From Callorhinchus milii (lineage: Eukaryota), in the NCBI RefSeq assembly GCF_018977255.1, contig NW_024704742.1, positions 85,498,001 to 85,562,000 of the forward strand: a stretch of 64,000 nucleotides of DNA. Reading direction: 5' to 3'. Position numbers and translations under genes: made by a program. Under the pieces are notes generated by a model. That model did no database searches. It was not told the origin of the DNA and saw nothing but the letters and a program-made list of their open reading frames with translations. Positions 1 to 12,135 of this stretch are shown piece by piece (within the stretch, counting starts at the first letter, position 1; each line of letters begins with the position of its first letter).

Positions 1-1864
1 CAATTCCATACAACATTGTCCCATGAACAGTCGTCGATTGAAGTGACCAATTTATTATTTGTTTTCTTGAGGCATTATTATCATATGCTATTATGATTTG
101 GGTGGACCATACATGCATAATTCACTTGATTTTGTAATCTGCAAATGTAACTTGTACCATCCATGAAAAATGAAATGCACCTCTAATAGGTAAATGTTTG
201 GATGATTTCCCCACCCCATTCCCTCTTTTTTTGGACTTATCAAGGCAGTAGATATCAGTGCTGGGAAGTGGAACCCTTTGGCAAGAGCCGAGGTTTAGGA
301 ACCCTAGATTGTGCTTTGGAATACTGCTGGAGTCTAACCAGATTAAAAAATTCATTATTTGCAATCGAGAGCACTATTTGGCAAGATTCCCGCCACTTGT
401 CCAGCTAGAATCATCCTACTTGTTAATTTCTTTGGTTTGCAGGGTAAACAGTAGCCGAGTGTGAAGCATCCCCTCCCTCCAATAATTGATTCTGTTCAAA
501 TATTTTTTACATGGGATGCTTACATGGAGTCCCTCATTGTAGTGCAAGTGAGAGGACCCAGATTTGATTCCTGGACTTATTCCACACACCTCTGTTTACC
601 CACAGTAAGTAGGAACCCGGTTGTTAGACAATTGGCGGGGATAATAATCCCTCCAAAAATAAATATGATCACTCAATCCACGAATGTTTGTGGGACACTG
701 CTATGAGCAATTGGCTGCGGCGTTTCTCCCACAAAATACAGTCAACATATTCTGTGAAGTGCTTTGAGACGTCTCAAAGACGTGATAAGGCGTGATATCA
801 AATGCAAGGATTATTAGTATTATTATTATTACAGCTCCCAGAGTGACTAATTTTTTTTAGTATAGGAGGCTGTCGCAGAATCATAGAATATTACAACAGA
901 AGGAGGTCATTCAGTCATGTTGCTAATAGTTTCTTTACAGTTAACTTTCAAATCTTTGTAGATCACTGTGTGTTTGTACAGATAAACAGGAGATTTGTGA
1001 ATTATCTTGTATGCTAGTTACTCAGCTTTACTCACTCAGTGCAGCAAATTTGCTGATGGGGCTTTGAGCTTTTCTACTGAGTGTGCTACATTTAGACTTG
1101 GCAATAAGCTTGGAAATAACTTAATTTTTAACTTATAAATAAAATTATACTATAAATGTCAAATCAAATCATACAAATATAATCGAACTGTAGTTATGCA
1201 TAAGCAGAAAATGTGTTCAATTTATCAGACTCAAAGTGAATTCCATTTGGCATTTTCTCCAGGAAATCAGGAGATCTGGACTTCTGTACGTGGAGTCTCA
1301 AATGAGAATCCTCATCCTTTTTTAGCCGGCCGGGTGACTGACACGTGCGGAAGCCCGTGTTTGAGAGAATCCAAACCAAGCTGAGAATTCCATGCATCCC
1401 ACCTACACATGGAAATCCCAGAGATAGATTGTTTTAATGGAATGCACACTCTCTCCTTAGTGGATTCATCCTACTTAGCTAATTCCTGAAAGTATTAGGC
1501 GCAGGATGGCAATAGCCATAGGGAAAAGGTAGGCTTGAACAATTATGCCTTGGGAAATGATTATTTTGCATTGCTGGGAGCCAGAGTGTGGGGTGGGAGA
1601 GGCCGGAGGCTGTTGGTATGGAGAGAAGGAGAACAGGGTTCAAATGTGGAGATGGCTCATTCTCCTCTTTGATAACCTTTCGAGTTCAGAGAATATCTAA
1701 GGCAGAGTGATGACAACAATAGGGTGCCTATGGGTGGCCTAAATGGCCTTTTCTTGATCTATGCTTTTTTTATGACAGAGCACTTAGATGTTAGTCTTGC
1801 CTTTTGTTCAATGTGGGTTGCAATGCAGACAGCATTAGTGGCACCGAGGCAAAACATACCCTGG

Positions 1865-2360
1865 TTTGATTAGTAGCAATCTCACTTCTTAGTTGAGTTC
1901 AAGCCCCACAACATTGGGTCATTGAACTCATGGTCTACACCAGGGTGGTCCTACCTTTTGGCTGCTGAGGGCCGGATGCCCTATTTGAAAAACATCCGTG
2001 GGGCTGGATAAACAATATTTTTGTGTTTCCCTTCCAGATACATCACATAACATTTATGGGTTATGGAGGGAGAAGGTCAGCCAGATGAAATTGGGGTGGT
2101 GGGGTTGAACCACCCTGGTCTAGACTAACAATCCAGTGCAGTGCTGGGGTTTGCTTTGCATTGTCGGTGATGCCATTAGATGAGACGTCAAATCGAGGTC
2201 CTGTCTACCTGTTCAGGTGGATGTTACAGACTGGATGACAATACTCAAAAAGAGAAGAGAGTTTCTCCCAGCATTCTGGCTAACAATCCCCGGAGAAAAA
2301 AAATTGATCATTGACTTCATGACTGTTTGTGGGACATTGTGACTGTGGGATATTGTAATG
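1865..2360 (+). mobile_element. Old tRNA-derived Deu-domain-type SINE, interrupted by the MITE
   Basis: Shares body motifs (CAGTGCAG...GCATTGTCGG...CCTGTTCAGGTGGATGTT...GTTTGTGGGACATTG) with the more complete copy at 45398-45797. Confidence 0.55.
1941..2117. mobile_element. hAT/Charlie-type non-autonomous DNA transposon (MITE) inserted in an old SINE
   Basis: Inverted termini CAGGGTGGT (1941-1949) and ACCACCCTG (2109-2117); near-identical 8-bp flanks GTCTACAC/GTCTAGAC fit the hAT-Charlie NTCTAGAN target. A related left end occurs at 5267. Confidence 0.7.
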
Positions 2361-2379
2361 TGAGGGGTAATTGTTACCC

Positions 2380-3720
2380 CTCTCCTTACCTCCCAGCTCC
2401 ACCTCCTTGACCCTCTACTCACTGACATCGTAAATGCCATTCTGTCCATCTGCGACCAGGGCTCCCTCTGCCTCCTTGTCCTCCTTGACCTCTCTACTGC
2501 TTTCGACACCGTCGACCACTCTATCCTCATCCACTGCCTCTCCTCTCACCTCAACTTCCATGGCGCTGTCCTTGATTGGTTCAGATCATACTCTCACACC
2601 ACTTGCACTTCACCGCCTCAAACGGTTTCTCCTCTAGCCCCTGGACCGTTTAATGTGGCATTCCTCAGGGCTCTGTCCTTAGTCCCCTCCTCTTCAACAT
2701 CTATATGCTCCCTCTTGGTGACATCATCCACAGTCATGGGGTCAACTTCCACATGTATGCGGATGACACCCAACTCTACCTCTCTACCTCCACCCTTGAC
2801 TCCAGGATCACTGCTGTCCTGACAGAATGTCTGTCAGACATCAAGTCCTGGATGAGAGCCAACTTTCTTCAGTTGAACGTCAACAAGACCGAGGCTCTCC
2901 TGATTGGCTCCCGTCAGTGCCTCTTCACCTCAGGCACTGACAGCATTGCCATCCATGGTTGCACACTGCACCTTGCTAAGCCAGTCCAGAACCTTGGGGT
3001 CTTGTTTGACCCTCAACTATCCTTTCTACCCCACATCTGCACCATGACCCGCTCTGCCTTCCCCAACCTCCGCAACAACGCCTGGCTCTACCACTGTTTC
3101 ACAACACAGGCTGTCGAAACCCTCATCCATGCCTTCATTACATTGAGGCTCGACTATGCAAACTCATTGCTTGTCGGCCTCCCCAACGTCTCCCTACACA
3201 GGCTGCAGATCATCCAGAACTCTGCAGCCCGTGTCCTCTCCCGCACCAGGCTCTGCGACCTTACCCATCCTCACCCAACTACACTGGCTTCCCATCATAT
3301 AGAAGATACAGTTCAAGATCCTGGTCCTCACCTTCAAAGCCCTCCATGGTCTTCCTCCCCCCACAACCTCTCCGATCTCCTACCATTCTGTTTGCTCCCT
3401 CTGCTCAGCGGGCTCTGGCCTCCTTCACGTCCCCTGCCTTGCTCGCCCCACTGGTGGGTGGGCGGGTCTTCTGCCACTCTGCCCCAACCCTCTGGAACTC
3501 CATCTGCCTCGCCCCCTCCCTTGCCACCTTCAAGATCCACCTCAAGACCCTCCTCTTCGACCATGCTTTAAATCTCCCTGCTTCCCCCCTGCCCTCCACC
3601 CGCGCCCACCCCCAGCTCGGGTCCGTAACTCTGTCTGTCCAGCGCCTTCTGACGTCCTCCCGACGTGAAAGGCGCTTTACAAATTTAATTTTGTTGTTGT
3701 TATGGTTGTTCTTCTTTACA
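2380..3720 (+). mobile_element. L2-clade LINE, 5'-truncated and frameshifted RT/3' end
   Basis: ORF 2705-3571 contains [37 protein letters not shown] and [10 protein letters not shown]; upstream LVLLDLSTAFDTVDH; ends GACGTCCTCCCGACGTGAAAGGCGCT then (TTG)n. Confidence 0.9.
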
Positions 3721-3923
3721 GTAAATCCCATGAAGCACATTGAGATGTTTCAACAATGTGTTAAGGTGTTATATTAAATGCAAGGATTATTCTTGTTATT
3801 TTTTAGCATTACAAATGAAATAGTATCTGTACAGTATATCCTGTGAAGAGCTTTGAGATGTCTCAAAAATGTAATAAGGTGCTGTATCAAATGCATGGAT
3901 TAATATTGTTATTATTATAGTAA

Positions 3924-3932
3924 AAAGGATAC
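3924..3932 (-). other. U12-type (minor spliceosome) 5' splice site
   Basis: Minus strand reads GA|GTATCCTTT, the exact RTATCCTTT consensus, directly after the LRR motif. Confidence 0.7.
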
Positions 3933-4054
3933 TCGTACAGACAGTTGTAGCTGAGATCAAGCTCTTCAAGGCTGCCTGCGTGTTGATATATTTTGATAAA
4001 AGGCACTTCTTTTAGGTTTTGATAAGCAAAGGACAGTCTTCGGATTTGCATCAT
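3933..4054 (-). CDS. Coding exon of an LRMDA/C10orf11-like leucine-rich-repeat protein; downstream exons not found in the window
   Basis: MMQIRRLSFAYQNLKEVPFIKIYQHAGSLEELDLSYNCLY plus 2 nt; LxxLDLSxN motif; resembles the LRMDA N-terminus (VSYIGQDCREIP...RLDLSFNLL). Acceptor TTTCAG| above 4063; donor GTATCCTTT at 3932-3924. Confidence 0.65.
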
Positions 4055-5266
4055 GATAAATACCTGAAACAAGGATACCTGGTGTCACAATAATGTTTAT
4101 TAAAACCTTTAATCTGTTCTTACAATCAAATCTACTCATTCCTCCCCTTCCCCTGTATAGAACCCGAAAAGGATCTTTTACGTCAATTGAAAAAAGTGCA
4201 ACAAAAAACTATTTGAAAGAAACTGCTAACATTCGAAACTGTTCACAAGCTAACATCTCAAGCAATGCTATTTAATGTACATTTATAATCAATTAAGGAA
4301 AGAAAAACTTAGATGGAGAAATACCTCGTATTGCAGCTGCTGAAACTATTTTAGATGTTCAGACATGGAAAGCCAGGGAAAACAGAGCCACTTTTGTAAC
4401 TTGTTTAAGCCGGCTTACAGCTCCTTGTAAGAAAAACATCACAAGATTTGGATGTTCCAGTCAGGCAGAAGCTGTCATAAGACTGGCACCACAACATATT
4501 ATTCAGTCGTTCTGCTTTATAGTTCTTTTTTTAAAAAAAAGCTACAATCTTGTGATGGACAAGCCGAAGTCTGCATTTCAACCTTTATATGTTTTGCATT
4601 TAATATTTGATTTGTTATATTCGTTGCAAATGCTAAATTATTCAAAACATTGCTCTTTGCGAAACAGATTTATTGTGGTCTCTGAAGTTGGAGTCTTCTT
4701 ATTCCAGCCTTTCTGTATCTTCATTGTGTGTGAAACCCAATGACTATGTCTTTTGAGTCTCTCTTATCTCCCATTATCACACAGACTCACACTTGTTTCC
4801 CCTACAATTTCCCCCTCTTTCGGTCTGTCTGGTTCATTCCTACACAGGCCTTTGTCCCAATGATAGTTTGTGTGGTGGTGGTGGTGAGGGAATAATTGAA
4901 TGTTCTTCACTTGTTTAACTGGTTGTAAAATATTCCTGTTTGCAATTTGGTTGCTGAGTTCGCCTGCAAATATAGTCACTTCATAGCACTTTATGAAGCA
5001 CTTTGATTTGGCCTTCTGACATGAATCTATATCATATGCAAAGATTATTGTTACCATTGTAGCACTTTAGCTGTTGTCTCTTTGGGTTTTGCTTTTGCAG
5101 CATATTTTCTTTGATTTGTCCTTTTAATGGGAGAACTTTTATATGGCATTTCCTGTAAATAGAGAAGTCCTTTTTGATTATTTATTCTTACAGGAAGAGT
5201 CAACTTCCCCCAGTGTTTTCTGAGCATAAAGTTTGAGAGTGCCCCGTATGAGCTCATGGTCTAGAA

Positions 5267-5370
5267 CAGGGAGGTCTAACCTTTTGGCTGCCGAGGGCCA
5301 GATTCCCTACGAGAAAGGTCCGCAGGCCGCATAGGCAATATTTTGTGTTCCACTTGCAGGAACATAACAT
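5267..5370 (+). mobile_element. Left end of the same hAT MITE family as 1941-2117
   Basis: GTCTAGAA|CAGGGAGGTCTAACCTTTTGGCTGCCGAGGGCC aligns with CAGGGTGGTCCTACCTTTTGGCTGCTGAGGGCC. Confidence 0.6.
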
Positions 5371-5839
5371 TGACACAGCACCTTTTTCATGTTGGAAGAA
5401 CATCTCAAAGTGCTTGATGTTTCCGGCTGGGCACCAGAGCTGGGGAGGTGGGATGCGGACAGCAAAAGATGACCGAATGCGTGTTTCAAAGAGTTAGGTC
5501 TTGACGTGCCTTGAAAGAGGGAAGGGAGGGAGGGAGTCGGAGGGACTCCAGGAACTCTAAACAGCGGGGGCAATATGATGATGGTGGGATGGGGGACGTG
5601 AAGCAAACCCGTGTTTTTTCTGCAAAGGGAATGGCTGGGTCGGGAGATCCAGAGGTAGGGTGGGAAGGGGGGTGTGGAATGAAGGACCGAGAAATTTCTC
5701 ACTGGGGGAAAGAGGGAGCTTTCTATGAGGAAACCGCACGGCACGTCAATCCGTGTCTGTCCTCAGTCTTCCCCACGGTGACCAAGAGAGGCTCCGATCA
5801 TCTGTCCTGACAGTGAACCTTGAAACACTGCCCTCACTT

Positions 5840-6372
5840 CACTTCTCTCTCTCTCTGCTCTCTCACTCTTTTTATTTCTCTCTCTCACCCTCTTATGCTT
5901 GCTCTCTCTCAATCACTCCATCTCTCTGTCTTTCTCTCAATCATTCTCTGTCTACCCTCTCTCTCTCTCTCCCTCTCTTATACACTCTTTCTCTCAATTA
6001 CTCTCTCTCACTCCCCCTCTCACACCCTCTCTCTCCTCTCACACTTTCTTGTCCCTCTCACACTCTCGTCCCTCTCAATCACTCTCAAACACCTCTCACA
6101 CTCTCATGCACTCTCTCTCCCCACTCAAACACTCTCTCTCAATCTTCCTCTGCTCTCTCCCTCTCAATCACTCTCTCTCTCCTCCTCTCTGTCAATTATT
6201 CTCTGTACCCCCCCCCACCCACCCCATCTCTCAGTCTTTCTCTCTTCCCCTTTCTCATATACTCTCTTCTCTCTCCGTCTCATTCAATCACTTTCTCCCC
6301 CTTCCCACTCCCCCCTCCCCATCCCCCTCTCTCTTCCTCCCTGTCTCTCTCTGCCCTTTCCCCCTCTCTTTC
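5840..6372. repeat. Degenerate (CT)n polypyrimidine tract
   Basis: About 530 bp of CTCTCT/CACTCT repeats; the Ser/Leu-rich ORFs over it are artefacts. Confidence 0.9.
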
Positions 6373-6379
6373 CCAATCA

Positions 6380-6630
6380 GCCGGGTGGTTCACTATCTGC
6401 AGCAGTAGGAGCTGGCAGTTGCTAAAGACACGGTGGATAAGAAGACGCGTTTGTCTTCCTGACAGTAACGGTTGATATTATTTCACTATCCGCAAAGCAT
6501 CCTCCCAACCGCTGGCTCCTGCCACTGCACTGGGAGACGTTCACTAGAGAGGGAGGGAGCGGAAGTTGCAATGTTGGAAATGGTCTCGGGCTGCATAAAA
6601 TCACCCGGTTGCGGCCGCGTTGAACCACTC
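6380..6630. promoter_or_regulatory. Small CpG-containing patch, possible promoter of the LRR gene
   Basis: Local CpG enrichment (GCGGCCGCG, ACGCGT), RFX-like GTTGCTAAAGAC 6418-6429, MYB-like TAACGGTT 6466-6473, ETS CGGAAGT; about 2.4 kb upstream of the LRR exon. No clear splice donor was found. Confidence 0.3.
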
Positions 6631-7949
6631 TGGACTAGAATAACACTCCAGTGCAGTTGTGGGTGCTGTCCTTCAGATTTGACTTTAAACCCGGACCACG
6701 TTTGCCTGTTCAAATGAATGTTTAAGATCCCATGGCACTATTTGAAAAGAGAAGAGTCACTCACTTCATGGCAGTTTGTCGGACATTGCTGTGTGCAAAT
6801 TGGTTGCCTCATTCCTCCACAAAATACACACAACCACATCACTTTGCAATATGTCCTAAGAAGCACCTTGAGACATCATGACAATGTGTTAAGGTGCTAT
6901 TTCAAAAGCAAGGGTTATTTGTATTTGGCCCATTAAATCTGCTCTGTTACTTTTCTCCACAAGAGTCCCCTAATTTATTCTCACTCTCCTATTCACTCTT
7001 CACACCCTTTAATATTCCTTTTTCTACACATTTATCTAATTACAGTTTGAAAAAATATATGGGTTTTCTCAACCAGATTGAAAGAAAGAAATTAGTTGTA
7101 ATATTATTGCTATCTCTATTTTTTAACATGGTTAGACCTAACTGTGCTGTTTGGGCACTGTGGCTCCCCATTATTTGCTGCTTCTGGGTTACTATACGAA
7201 AGGTCACTGGGTGTATAGATATCTTCCTTTTTTTAAACTCTGTACTCCTTCACCTTAAAATTGCATTCATTCTCCACACTCGTGTTCTTTTCATTGCAGC
7301 AGCTTTTAGTTAATTTCTTCTTGCTGCCAACAGTTCTGTTCCCATAGAATTCGCGTTTGCACTCTCAACAACCTCTCTCTGCCTGAATCAAACATCCCAA
7401 TAGGGAAGAAAGGATTGCATTTTATAGCACTTTATCAAGTTAAAATATCTCAAAGTGCTTTACAGATAATTATTGTTGCAACTATTTTTGAAGGTTAATG
7501 AGGCAGTTTTTTATGCAAGCAAAGTTCCACAAACAGCTATGAGATGAATGACAAATTTATCTGGAGGATTATTGACTGGGACATGGGGAGAAATTTCCTT
7601 CTCTTTTTCTATTGTACCATGGGATCTTTAAAAAACACCTTAGACAGTATCTAAGATGAACGTGTCAGTGAAAAGCAGGACTCAATAAAATAACATTCAT
7701 CCAGTACTGGAGTGTGCGTCTAAATTTTGATCTTGAGTCCTGATATGGAATATAATCCGATGACACTAGAAAGTTCGGGTTAATCCTACCTTTATCCTTT
7801 CAAACCTGATGAATAAATATCCTGGCTTTGAACTGACTGAGGAAAAATGCCTGGAAAAAGCCAAAATAATGCACAATAATCTAGATCAAGTTTGAAGTTT
7901 AGATAGTCACTCAACCTCAAAAATCAACGCGCTAACAGGTGCTCCTAGC

Positions 7950-8770
7950 TAAACAACAACTACAACAAATTACATTTGTATAGCAGCTTTCATGTCAGGA
8001 GCTCCCAAGGCACTGGACAGTCAGAGATCTGCACCCAAACTGGTGGTTGGGATCAGGAGGGGTGGAGGGCAGGGAGGGTAGGGGTAAGAAGATATGGTTG
8101 AAGAGGAGAGTCTTGAGACAGGTCTTGAAGGAAGCAAGGGAGGGGGCGAGGTGGAGGGACTGTGGGATGGAGTTCCAGAGGGTGGGGATAAAGAGGCTGA
8201 AGGTCCGCCCGCCAATAGTGGAGTGGGCAAGGCGGGGGACATGAAGCAGACCGGTGCCTGCTGAGCAGAGGGAGCAGACAGGTTAGTAGGGGGTTAGGAG
8301 GTCACAGAGGTAGGGAGGAGCGAGGGGTGGAGGGATTTGAAGGTGAGGACCAGGATCTTGAACTGTATCCTATGTGTGATGGGAAGTCAGTGGAGTTGGG
8401 CGAGGATGGAGTGAAAGGGTCGCGGAGCCTGGTGCGGGAGAGGATTCAGGCTGCAGAGTTCTGGATGATCTGCAGACTGTGGAGGGAGGAGTTGGGGAGG
8501 CCGACAAGCCTAGTAGTCGAGCCTTGATGTGATGAATGCGTGGACGAGGATCTTGGCAGCCTACATGGGAGACAGTGGCAGAGCCGGAAGGTGGAGCGGA
8601 TCATGGCACAGATGTGGGGGATGACAGACAGTTGCGGGTCGCACGGTAGCTGGTCTTGAGGTTCCCTATTCGCTCTGTGAGGTGTACAGTGCATCCATGA
8701 AGGATGATGCTGTCAGTGCCCGAGGTATGGAGGGGCTGACGGGAGCCAAGCAAGAAAGCCTCAGTCTTGT
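7950..8770 (-). mobile_element. L2-clade LINE 3' fragment
   Basis: Minus-strand [20 protein letters not shown] and L2 3' end with tail near 7953. Confidence 0.85.
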
Positions 8771-9390
8771 AGACAACTACATCCCATGCTGCAGTTACGA
8801 GGTATTAATCCAAAATAGTTTTAACTTGTCCTGGCTGACTGATTTTGTAAATCTTTTAAGAATAGCCATAAAATTGCGATTGAATAGCAATTTTATAATA
8901 TATTATTTTATCTTATAAAATTGCTTCTCAAACCCTATTCTAAATTCTACTGAGAATCAGCCTGAAACTTTTATCTGCAGGGTGTTTTCGGGGTCAAATA
9001 ATCCAGTTTCTGCTAGAAATATATTGATTTGTGGTCTACATTTTAAATTTTCACCCTATTCCACTCATAAGCAAGTGCTGTTCCAAAAGCAGCCTTGAAT
9101 CTGGAATGAAGATGAGCACATTTTCCAAGTGTGCAACAGGAACCTTCTTTTCAGCATCTTGAGCTCCTCTGATAACCAAGTGAGTAGACATACTAACATG
9201 GCGATCAGTAGTCCAAAACGCTCTTAGATTTAAGCCATTGGCTGGAAAAGTTTGGAAAATTATCAACGTTAGATGATTTTCAACAGTTCTTTTTAAGACT
9301 GAATGCCTTCCAAAATTCCACACAACCCTAAATCTTGCGATAATGGATTTATGCCAAAGAACGTGAGAAATTTCCGGCCCCAGAACTTGC

Positions 9391-9609
9391 AATAATAATC
9401 CCTCCAAAAACCCAAAACAATAATTAAATTGGTCATTTTCAATCCACGACTGTTTGTGGGACATTGTTGTGCGCAATTGGCTGCCGCGTTCGCCCACAAA
9501 TATACAGTCAATTCACTTTACAGTGTGTACTGTGAAGCGCTTTGGGACGTCCTCCCGACGTGAAAAGCGCTATATCAAATGCAAGGATTATAGGATTATA
9601 AGGATTATA
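9391..9609 (+). mobile_element. Head-less copy of the young SINE family
   Basis: Starts AATAATAATCCCTCC; body TTGTGGGACATTG...GTGAAAAGCGCTATATCAAATGCAAGGATTAT, nearly identical to 43194-43421. Confidence 0.85.
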
Positions 9610-9969
9610 AATTTGATTCTCAGTCTGCGGTGCGTCACGGGAAACTGGTCTCAAGTCAGGCGGCACAGCTCAGCACATCTCAGAGGTCAGGTGTCTGGGG
9701 AAGGCTGAACCCAACTCTGAACCTGGCCTCTGGGATGTACCTGAATTGGTCACTCGCTCCCATGGCTGTCTGCGGGGCGACCGCTGTGCGCAAACTGTCC
9801 CCAAAATACACGGTCCATCCACTGTATTGGACTTTATCTGTGAAGCGCTTTGAGACGTTTGACCGAGGTGACAAGGCGCAATATCAGAATGCAAGGAGTA
9901 CGCAAATTAGATGATATATAGTATATAATAATAATTATTATTATTATTATATGGTATTTCACACAGCAG

Positions 9970-10161
9970 TGACCCGCCCCCCTCCCCCTGGGCAGTGGGC
10001 AGTGTGGAGGCGGGGCTCAGGCCGGGCTGACGGTCACGTGGTAACCCCCTGGCCCTCTGGTTGGTGGGGAGTCGGGGCCCCGCCTCTTCCTGCCAGTACC
10101 GGAAGTGCGTGTTGTGCAGGCCGCGGGCTGCTGAGCGCGGGGGCGAGGCCGGGCCGCCAGC
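9970..10161 (+). promoter_or_regulatory. SMU1: SMU1 CpG-island promoter and 5' UTR
   Basis: GC boxes, E-box GTCACGTG 10033-10040, ETS/GABP CCGGAAGTG 10099-10107, directly upstream of the ATG at 10162. Confidence 0.75.
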
Positions 10162-10187
10162 ATGTCCATAGAGATAGAGTCGGCGGA
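10162..10187 (+). CDS. SMU1: SMU1 exon 1
   Basis: MSIEIESA(D), donor GTGAGT at 10188. Confidence 0.93.
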
Positions 10188-10304
10188 GTGAGTACCCGCT
10201 GCGGGGGGAGGGGGGTCAGGTCGGCCGCCGAGCGGTTCGTATGAGCAGCGCCGGTGTGAGCGGGGCGGCCGCTCTCACTGTGACCGTTATAGAGCAGAGG
10301 TCCG

Positions 10305-10520
10305 GAGAGAGACAGAGAGAGGGGGAGGGGAGGAGGGGCGGGAGAGAGGGAAGAGGGGGGGGGGGAGAAGAGGGGAGAGGAGGGGAGAGAGAAGGGGGGG
10401 AGAGAAGGGGGAGAGAAGGGGAGGAGGGGAGAGAGAAGGGGAGGAGGGGGGAGAGGAGAAGAGGGGGAGAGGAGGGGAGGAGGGGGGAGAGAAGAGGGGA
10501 GGAGGGGGGAGAGAAGGGGC
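10305..10520. repeat. Purine-only G/A tract in SMU1 intron 1
   Basis: GGGGAGAGGAGGGG-type runs. Confidence 0.9.
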
Positions 10521-10784
10521 TAATGTTATGTCGGTGTTGGTTTGACTCAGAGGCCAAATGGAGGATAATAATAAACTTTGCATTTGATGGGCAGTAGTGG
10601 TCATAGTCATGTTGTTGAGAGGCGTCTCAAAGCCCTTCATCACATTGCTGGGTCGGCCCATGGGGATGGGGAGCTGAAGAGAGAGGGAGGAGAAAGATGA
10701 GCAAAAGTACGGTCAATGGGGTGAATCTGATACACAAAAGATGGCCATTCTTCGCCCGAGGTGGGTTACTGTGCCAAAATGTGA

Positions 10785-10856
10785 TTCCCATACCGGGAAT
10801 CGAGCCTCTGCCATCTGGTTCAAAACCTGGAAAGGTAACCACAGGACCGTACGGGA
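10785..10856 (-). pseudogene. Degenerate tRNA-Glu(TTC)-derived pseudogene whose anticodon now reads TTG
   Basis: 72 nt TCCCGTACGGTCCTGTGGTTACCTTTCCAGGTTTTGAACCAGATGGCAGAGGCTCGATTCCCGGTATGGGAA, colinear with vertebrate tRNA-Glu. Acceptor stem pairs; D, anticodon and T stems are mismatched; TTTT follows downstream. Confidence 0.75.
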
Positions 10857-11883
10857 AGTTAAGTTACCAAACTGGCAAATGAGGAAAAACATGGAGAATC
10901 GGCCGTAACCGTATTCCTCATCGATGTTCACCAAATAAAAACAAATTTCCTGTTGACTGCATTCTTGCCTCTGAGTCAGAAGTTTGTGGGTTCAAGCCGC
11001 CCCCCCCATTGGTACATAGTCTTAACACTCCAGTTCAGTACTTAAGGGTATGGTGCATGGTCGAAGCTACCATCCTTCGGATGAGATGTTAGTCATGAGT
11101 TACTGCCTGCCTGCTCAGGTGAATTCCAAAGATCGTTTGATGATAATAATATAATAATAATCCTTGCATTTGATACAGTGCCTTATCACATCTTCAAGAC
11201 GTCTCAAAAGTGCTTCACAGAATATTTTGTAAAGTGAATTGGCTGTATATTTTGTGGGTGAAATGTGGCAGCCATTTGCGCACAGCAGTGTCCCACAAAG
11301 TGTCATGGACTGAGCGATCAGTTTTTTTTTATTGAAGGAATTATTACCCCTGGAAAAGAAGGGAGTTTCTCCCAGTATTCCGACCAACAATCCCCCAAAT
11401 AAAATTGGTCAATCACTTTGTGGCTGCTTCTGTACTATTGCTGTTTGCAAATTATGGAATATTGCTGCTGTATTTGCCTACAAATGTGCAGTCACTACAC
11501 TTTACACAAGACTTTGAAACACATTGAGATGTTCTCAGTGTTATGGGTGCCATATCATTGCAAGGATTATTCTTATCATTTGGCCATTCATCTTGTTGTT
11601 TGCAGGATGTCACTTGCCCTTATTATTTGCTGTGCTTTTCTACATTAATAACTGTTGCACTCCATTATCAAATGCAAGGGTTGTTATTAACAACTTGCTG
11701 AAGCATTGTGAGACATTTTGTCTCAAAAACTTCAGCAAGTTAATAATAATTCTAATGTCTCTGAACTAAAATCTAAAATGCTGGAAGTGTGCCACAGGCA
11801 AAAACCCCGAATGAGAACTTCTCTTTCTCGATCATTAACCTACATATTTTGAGCATTGCTTGTCTAGCAGTGGAAGCATTTAA

Positions 11884-12135
<252 letters not shown>

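Noticed and set aside
2705-3571. 288-aa reverse transcriptase ORF as a host gene or retron-like system
   Set aside because: Truncated, frameshifted L2 LINE ORF2 with a typical 3' tail.
5753-6475. Ser/Leu-rich ORFs of 169-240 aa
   Set aside because: Artefacts of the (CT)n tract.
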